Origin: Paracoccus suum
GTDB taxonomy: Bacteria; Pseudomonadota; Alphaproteobacteria; Rhodobacterales; Rhodobacteraceae
Assembly: GCF_003324675.1 (NCBI RefSeq)
Contig: NZ_CP030918.1
Coordinates: 2,040,001 to 2,072,000 of the forward strand
Direction: 5' to 3'
DNA length: 32,000 nucleotides
The notes below the pieces were generated by a model, which ran no database searches, was not told where the DNA came from, and saw only the letters and a list, made by a program, of their open reading frames with translations. Below are positions 27,379 to 32,000 of the stretch, piece after piece. Position 1 is the stretch's first letter; every line of letters begins with the position of its first letter. Made by a program: the position numbers and the translations under genes.

Positions 27379-28791
27379 ATGGCGACCGATGCCCGCCTCG
27401 ATCCTGCCCGCCCGACCAGTTCGTGGGACAAGGACGGCTGGCGCGCCTATCCGCGTGTGCAGATGCCGGATTATCCCGACGCCGCCGCCCTCAGCGCGGT
27501 CGAGGCGCAGCTGTCCAAGTTTCCGCCGCTGGTGTTCGCCGGCGAGGCGCGGCGGCTGCGCGCCCATCTGGCCGACGTCGCCGCCGGCCGCGCCTTCCTG
27601 CTGCAGGGCGGCGATTGCGCCGAGAGCTTTGCTGAGTTCAGCGCCGACAACATCCGCGACACCTTCAAGGTGATGCTGCAGATGGCGGTGGTGCTGACCT
27701 GGGGCGCGCAGATGCCGGTGATCAAGGTCGGCCGCGTCGCCGGCCAGTTCGCCAAGCCGCGCAGCGCCCCGACCGAGGTTGCGGGCGGCGTCGAGCTGCC
27801 GTCCTACCGCGGCGATATCATCAACGGCTTTGACTTCACCCCCGAGGCACGCATCCCCGATCCCTCGCGGATGCTGCTGGCCTATACCCAGGCAGCCGCG
27901 TCGCTGAACCTGCTTCGGGCGTTTTCGACCGGGGGTTATGCCGACATTCACCGCGTCAACAGCTGGGTCACCGGCTTTGCCGAGGGTCCAGAGGCCGAGC
28001 GTTACCGCGACATCGCCGACCGACTGTCGGATGCGCTCGCCTTCATGCAGGCGGCGGGCGTCACCGCCGACAGCGCCCAAGAGTTGGCGATGGTCGAGTT
28101 CTACACCAGCCACGAGGCGTTGTTGCTGGAATACGAGGAAGCGCTTGCCCGGATCGATTCCACCACCGGTCTGCCGGTGGCCGGCTCGGGCCACCTGATC
28201 TGGATCGGGGATCGCACCCGCCAGGTCGATGGCGCGCATGTCGAGTTCTGCCGCGGCGTGCAGAACCCGATCGGCCTGAAATGCGGCCCCTCGATCACGA
28301 CGGATGACCTGAAGCGCCTGATCGAGCGGCTGAACCCGGCCAACGAGGCCGGCCGGCTGATGCTGATCGCCCGCTTTGGCGCCGGCCAGGTTGGCGATCA
28401 CCTGCCGCGCCTGATCCGCGCGGTGCAGGAGGAGGGCGCCAATGTCGTCTGGTCCTGCGATCCGATGCACGGCAATACCGTGAAGTCGGCCTCGGGCTAC
28501 AAGACCCGTCCGTTCGAGCAGGTTCTGCGCGAGGTACGCGAGTTCTTTGCCGTCCATGCGGCCGAGGGCAGCATCCCCGGCGGCGTGCATTTCGAAATGA
28601 CCGGCCAGGACGTGACCGAATGCACCGGCGGCGTTCGCGCGGTGACCGACGAGGACCTGTCCTCGCGCTATCACACGGCCTGCGATCCGCGCCTGAACGC
28701 CAGCCAGTCGCTGGAGCTGGCGTTCCTCGTCGCCGAGGAACTGCGTAACCGCCGCCGCACCGCGCCTCAAGCTGCGGTCCGCGCCGGCTGA
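27379..28791 (+). CDS. Class II (plant-like) 3-deoxy-7-phosphoheptulonate (DAHP) synthase
   Basis: Blocks seen: [25 protein letters not shown] and [17 protein letters not shown] Shine-Dalgarno sequence lies 8 nt before ATG 27379. ATG 27337 and the track start 27247 are less consistent with family N-termini. Confidence 0.9.
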   Translation: MATDARLDPARPTSSWDKDGWRAYPRVQMPDYPDAAALSAVEAQLSKFPPLVFAGEARRLRAHLADVAAGRAFLLQGGDCAESFAEFSADNIRDTFKVMLQMAVVLTWGAQMPVIKVGRVAGQFAKPRSAPTEVAGGVELPSYRGDIINGFDFTPEARIPDPSRMLLAYTQAAASLNLLRAFSTGGYADIHRVNSWVTGFAEGPEAERYRDIADRLSDALAFMQAAGVTADSAQELAMVEFYTSHEALLLEYEEALARIDSTTGLPVAGSGHLIWIGDRTRQVDGAHVEFCRGVQNPIGLKCGPSITTDDLKRLIERLNPANEAGRLMLIARFGAGQVGDHLPRLIRAVQEEGANVVWSCDPMHGNTVKSASGYKTRPFEQVLREVREFFAVHAAEGSIPGGVHFEMTGQDVTECTGGVRAVTDEDLSSRYHTACDPRLNASQSLELAFLVAEELRNRRRTAPQAAVRAG

Positions 28792-28809
28792 TCGGTCCTA
28801 CTGCCGCCG

Positions 28810-28856
28810 CTTGGCCCGCTCCGCATCGCGGGGCGCGCCCCTATCGCCGGGCCAAG
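28810..28856 (+). terminator. Nested stem-loop downstream of the DAHP synthase gene
   Basis: The outer 9-bp perfect arms are CTTGGCCCG and CGGGCCAAG. They enclose the 12-nt palindrome GGGGCGCGCCCC (28830-28841). The structure starts 19 nt after the stop and has no U-tract. Confidence 0.4.
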
Positions 28857-28864
28857 GACTTGTC

Positions 28865-28882
28865 GGGCAATGCGTTTTGCCC
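28865..28882 (+). other. Second stem-loop in the aroG-rne spacer
   Basis: GGGCAA-TGCGTT-TTGCCC forms a 6-bp stem with a 6-nt loop. Confidence 0.35.
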
Positions 28883-29303
28883 AGTGCGCGGCGGCCTGAA
28901 TACAATTGAGGATTGTCTTGCGGCGCGGATCGCGGCTAAGGTCGCCTCGTGCGCGGGATGCGTCGGCCCCGGCCGGACACCGCCCCTGCGCTTACGGTTT
29001 CGCAGCGTGGCAAGATGCGCCCCAGACAGGGCGATCGAGCTGCGCGGAAAGCAACGCGTGCCGAGGCTTTGATGCCCGGACGCATTCTCGCGCCCCTCCC
29101 GGCTGTGCCGGATTTCGGGGTAGACAGGACAACGGACGCGATGGATCGCGCAGGGCGGATGACGGCAAGGCAGGTTGCGGGTGACCGCGGCCCGATACTG
29201 CCTCCATTCTGCCTGGCGTCCCTCGCTCCCCAGACCAGCCGCAGCGTTGCACGATCCGCATCCCCTGACAGGGGCGGGCGGCCGCTGCGTGAAAGAAAGT
29301 TAC

Positions 29304-32000
29304 ATGGCCAAGAAAATGCTTATCGACGCGACCCATGCCGAGGAGACTCGGGTGGTCGTGGTGGACGGAACCCAGGTTGACGAATTCGATTTCGAGACGG
29401 TCAACAAAAGGCAACTCGCCGGAAATATCTACCTTGCCAAGGTAACCCGGGTCGAGCCGTCGCTGCAGGCGGCGTTCGTGGACTACGGCGGCAACCGGCA
29501 CGGTTTCCTCGCCTTTGCCGAGATCCACCCGGACTATTACCAGATCCCGGCCGAGGATCGCCGCGCCCTCCTGGAGGAGGAGCGTGCCGCCGCCGCCGCC
29601 GCCGAGGCCGAGGAGGACGCGCGCGAGCACCGCGCTAACCGTCCCCGCCGCAGCCCCAAGCCCGAGCGCGCCCGCGCCGAGAGCGTCGGAACCCTCGACG
29701 CTGCCATCGCCTCGGAAGCCATCGCCGGGATGGAACTGGCCGAGGCCGACCCCGAGGACGACACCCGCGACGAGATCATGACCATCGGCGAGGATTCCTC
29801 CTCGGACGAAGAGGCCGTCGAGGTCGCCTTCACCGAGGTCGATGCGCCGGACGCGTCCGAGGCAGACGCGGACGCCCCGGAAGCGGAAGCCGAGGGTGAC
29901 ACCCCCGAGGCCCGCCGCGACGCCTCGCAGGACGACGAATCCATCGAATCCGTGGGCGAGGCCGATGTCGCGGACGACATGCCCGCCCCGCGCAAGCCCC
30001 GCGCGCGCCGCTACAAAATCCAGGAAGTCATCAAGGTCCGGCAGATCATGCTGGTCCAGGTCGTCAAGGAAGAGCGCGGCAACAAGGGCGCGGCGCTGAC
30101 CACCTATCTGTCGCTCGCTGGCCGCTATTGCGTGTTGATGCCCAACACAGCGCGCGGCGGCGGTATCAGCCGCAAGATCACCAATGCCGCAGACCGCAAG
30201 AAGCTGAAGGACATCGCGGGCGAGCTGGAGGTGCCGCAGGGTGCCGGCCTGATCATCCGCACCGCTGGCAGCCAGCGGACCCGGACCGAGATCCGGCGCG
30301 ACTACGAATACCTGATGCGCCTGTGGGAGCAGATCCGCGAACTGACCTTCCGCTCGATCGCGCCGGCGCCGATCTATGAGGAAGGCGATCTGACCAAGCG
30401 CGTGATCCGGGATCTCTACTCCAGCGAGATCGACGAGATCCTAGTCGAGGGCGAGCGCGGCTATCGCACCGCGCGCGACTTCATGGCGATGATCATGCCC
30501 GACCAGGTCCGGACGGTGAAGCATTACACCGACCCCATGCCCCTCTTCTCGCGCTATCAGGTGGAAAGCTACCTGACCGGCATGTTCAATCCGGTCGTTC
30601 AACTGAAGTCGGGCGGCTATATTGTCATCGGCATCACCGAGGCGCTGGTCGCCATCGACGTGAACAGCGGCCGGGCGACCAAGGAAGGCAGCATCGAGGA
30701 TACCGCCTACAAGACCAACTGCGAGGCGGCCGACGAGGTCGCGCGCCAGTTGCGCCTGCGCGATCTGGCCGGCCTGATCGTCATCGACTTCATCGACATG
30801 GACGAGCGGCGCAACAACGCCGCGGTGGAAAAGCGGTTCAAGGACAGGCTGAAGACCGACCGCGCGCGCATCCAAGTCGGCCGCATCAGCGGCTTTGGCC
30901 TGCTCGAGATGTCGCGCCAGCGGCTGCGTCCCGGCATGCTGGAATCGACCACCCAGCCCTGCCAGCACTGCCACGGCACCGGCCTGATCCGCTCAGACGA
31001 CAGCCTGGCGCTGTCGATCCTGCGCGGCATCGAGGAGGAAGGCACGCGCAAGCGCTCGCGCGAGGTGCTGGTCCGTGCGCCGGTCGCGGTGGCGAACTTC
31101 CTAATCAACCAGAAGCGCGAGCATATCGCACTGATCGAGGCGCGCACCGCAATGTCCGTGCGGATCGAGGCCGACCCGGCGCTGATCTCCCCTGACTGGT
31201 CGCTGGAAAAGTTCAAGACAGCAACCCGGATGCTGGCCGAACCGTCAGAGCGCCATGCGCTGTCCGTCGATGCCTCGCTGATGGCTGCCATCGATGACGA
31301 GGGCGACGACGATACCGCAGCGCGGATCGCTGCCGAGGCCGCGGCCGACGCTGCGGACCGCGCCGCCTTCGAGGCCGAAGCCGCAGCAGCGGCCGAGGGT
31401 GCCGATGTCGTGGGAGAAGCGGAGAGCGACGACACCGAGGACGGTGGCGAAGATGGCGGCCGCAACCGCCGCCGCCGCCGCCGCCGCCGGCGCGGTGGAC
31501 GGCAGGACGAGGCGGGCACCGAGGGCGAAGGAGTTGCCAGCGAGGCCGAACCCGAAATCGCGGGCGAGGACGGTGATACCGACGCGCACCCGGCGGAAGC
31601 CGCGGCCAGCGGCGAAGGTGACGAAGGCCCGCGCCGCCGCCGCCGCCGCGTGCGTGGCGGCAAATACGGCGCGGCTGCCGAAGGTTCGGCCGCGGGCTCT
31701 GCGGACGTGGACGAGGCGGCGCAGCACCTGCTAGCCCCGGCACCTGAAACGGCCGAGCTCGACGAGCAAGCTGGGGCCACGGGCGACACTGCCTCGGGCG
31801 CTGCGTCCGACGAGGCCGCGACTGTCCCGGCCGAGGCCCGCGAGATCCCGGCGGAAACCATGATTGCGCCGGTCGTGCCTGACCATGTCGAGGCAAGCAT
31901 CGAGGAGAGCCTGTCGGTTCTGGGCGAGACCCCCGTCGAGCAAACGCCGGCTGAGCAAGCTTCGGTGGTCGCCCCAGTGGCTCCTTCGCCGGTCCCGGCC
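29304..32000 (+). CDS. rne: Ribonuclease E, 5' partial (open to the end of the window)
   Basis: It is not in the ORF track because there is no stop in the window. I read the frame from ATG 29304 myself and spot-checked it near 30012, 30420 and 31720-31750, all consistent with frame 0; a full six-frame translation without the stop requirement would confirm it is open to nt 32000. Blocks seen: MAKKMLIDATHAEETRVVVVDG, VKEERGNKGAALTTYLSLAGRYCVLMP, ALVAIDVNSGRAT, GLIVIDFIDM, the Zn-link CQHCHGTG, and Arg-rich C-terminal segments. Confidence 0.92.
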   Translation, partial: MAKKMLIDATHAEETRVVVVDGTQVDEFDFETVNKRQLAGNIYLAKVTRVEPSLQAAFVDYGGNRHGFLAFAEIHPDYYQIPAEDRRALLEEERAAAAAAEAEEDAREHRANRPRRSPKPERARAESVGTLDAAIASEAIAGMELAEADPEDDTRDEIMTIGEDSSSDEEAVEVAFTEVDAPDASEADADAPEAEAEGDTPEARRDASQDDESIESVGEADVADDMPAPRKPRARRYKIQEVIKVRQIMLVQVVKEERGNKGAALTTYLSLAGRYCVLMPNTARGGGISRKITNAADRKKLKDIAGELEVPQGAGLIIRTAGSQRTRTEIRRDYEYLMRLWEQIRELTFRSIAPAPIYEEGDLTKRVIRDLYSSEIDEILVEGERGYRTARDFMAMIMPDQVRTVKHYTDPMPLFSRYQVESYLTGMFNPVVQLKSGGYIVIGITEALVAIDVNSGRATKEGSIEDTAYKTNCEAADEVARQLRLRDLAGLIVIDFIDMDERRNNAAVEKRFKDRLKTDRARIQVGRISGFGLLEMSRQRLRPGMLESTTQPCQHCHGTGLIRSDDSLALSILRGIEEEGTRKRSREVLVRAPVAVANFLINQKREHIALIEARTAMSVRIEADPALISPDWSLEKFKTATRMLAEPSERHALSVDASLMAAIDDEGDDDTAARIAAEAAADAADRAAFEAEAAAAAEGADVVGEAESDDTEDGGEDGGRNRRRRRRRRRGGRQDEAGTEGEGVASEAEPEIAGEDGDTDAHPAEAAASGEGDEGPRRRRRRVRGGKYGAAAEGSAAGSADVDEAAQHLLAPAPETAELDEQAGATGDTASGAASDEAATVPAEAREIPAETMIAPVVPDHVEASIEESLSVLGETPVEQTPAEQASVVAPVAPSPVPA
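31464..31490 (+). repeat. In-frame (CGC)n arginine-codon trinucleotide repeat inside rne
   Basis: AAC (CGC)x7 CGG CGC encodes N-R9. A second run, (CGC)x6 at 31632-31649, encodes R6. Confidence 0.85.

Noticed and set aside
28830-28841. The perfect 12-nt palindrome GGGGCGCGCCCC, and the 8-nt palindrome GCAATTGC at 27249-27256.
   Set aside because: Short GC palindromes are frequent in high-GC DNA. The first is more simply explained as the apex of the post-aroG hairpin. The second is a single isolated occurrence with no partner site.
28860-29380. Three overlapping plus-strand ORFs (70, 92 and 143 aa) and a 212-aa minus-strand ORF in the rne upstream region.
   Set aside because: The translations are Arg/Pro/Gly-rich with no domain-like sequence, and the ORFs overlap one another in different frames. 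I interpret the region as the non-coding rne leader.

Overview
This is a high-GC (roughly two-thirds G+C by eye) alphaproteobacterial chromosomal segment, Rhodobacterales-like by inference only. I call 29 tightly packed protein genes. I saw no rRNA, tRNA, CRISPR array, transposase, integrase or phage gene. Gene order: the tail of a peptide-ABC ATPase; a PQQ sugar/sorbosone dehydrogenase; a six-gene peptide-type ABC importer operon ending in a signal-peptide-less GGT-family hydrolase; TauE/SafE plus a GntR regulator; on the minus strand, a polar-amino-acid ABC importer divergent from an XRE-cupin regulator and a PuuB-like FAD oxidoreductase; Lrp; rsgA; a Fur/Mur-family regulator divergent from sitABCD-type Mn/Fe uptake genes; ppk1-ppx; cinA-pgpA-ispDF on the minus strand; a class II DAHP synthase; and a 512-nt leader followed by rne, which runs off the window and is missing from the ORF track. 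I do not see a convincing defence, mobile or otherwise novel multi-gene system. Most of the window is core housekeeping. The most accessory-looking part is 1.7-15 kb, which holds transport and catabolism genes with two hallmarks of gamma-glutamyl metabolism. The other leads are regulatory or RNA-level. They are a RACTTGCA heptamer shared by three control regions, a Fur-box-like site at sitA, a Pho-box-like site with competing hairpins upstream of ppk1, strong hairpins after both ABC binding-protein genes, and the long structured rne leader. All product calls rest on motifs read by eye, and no database search was run.
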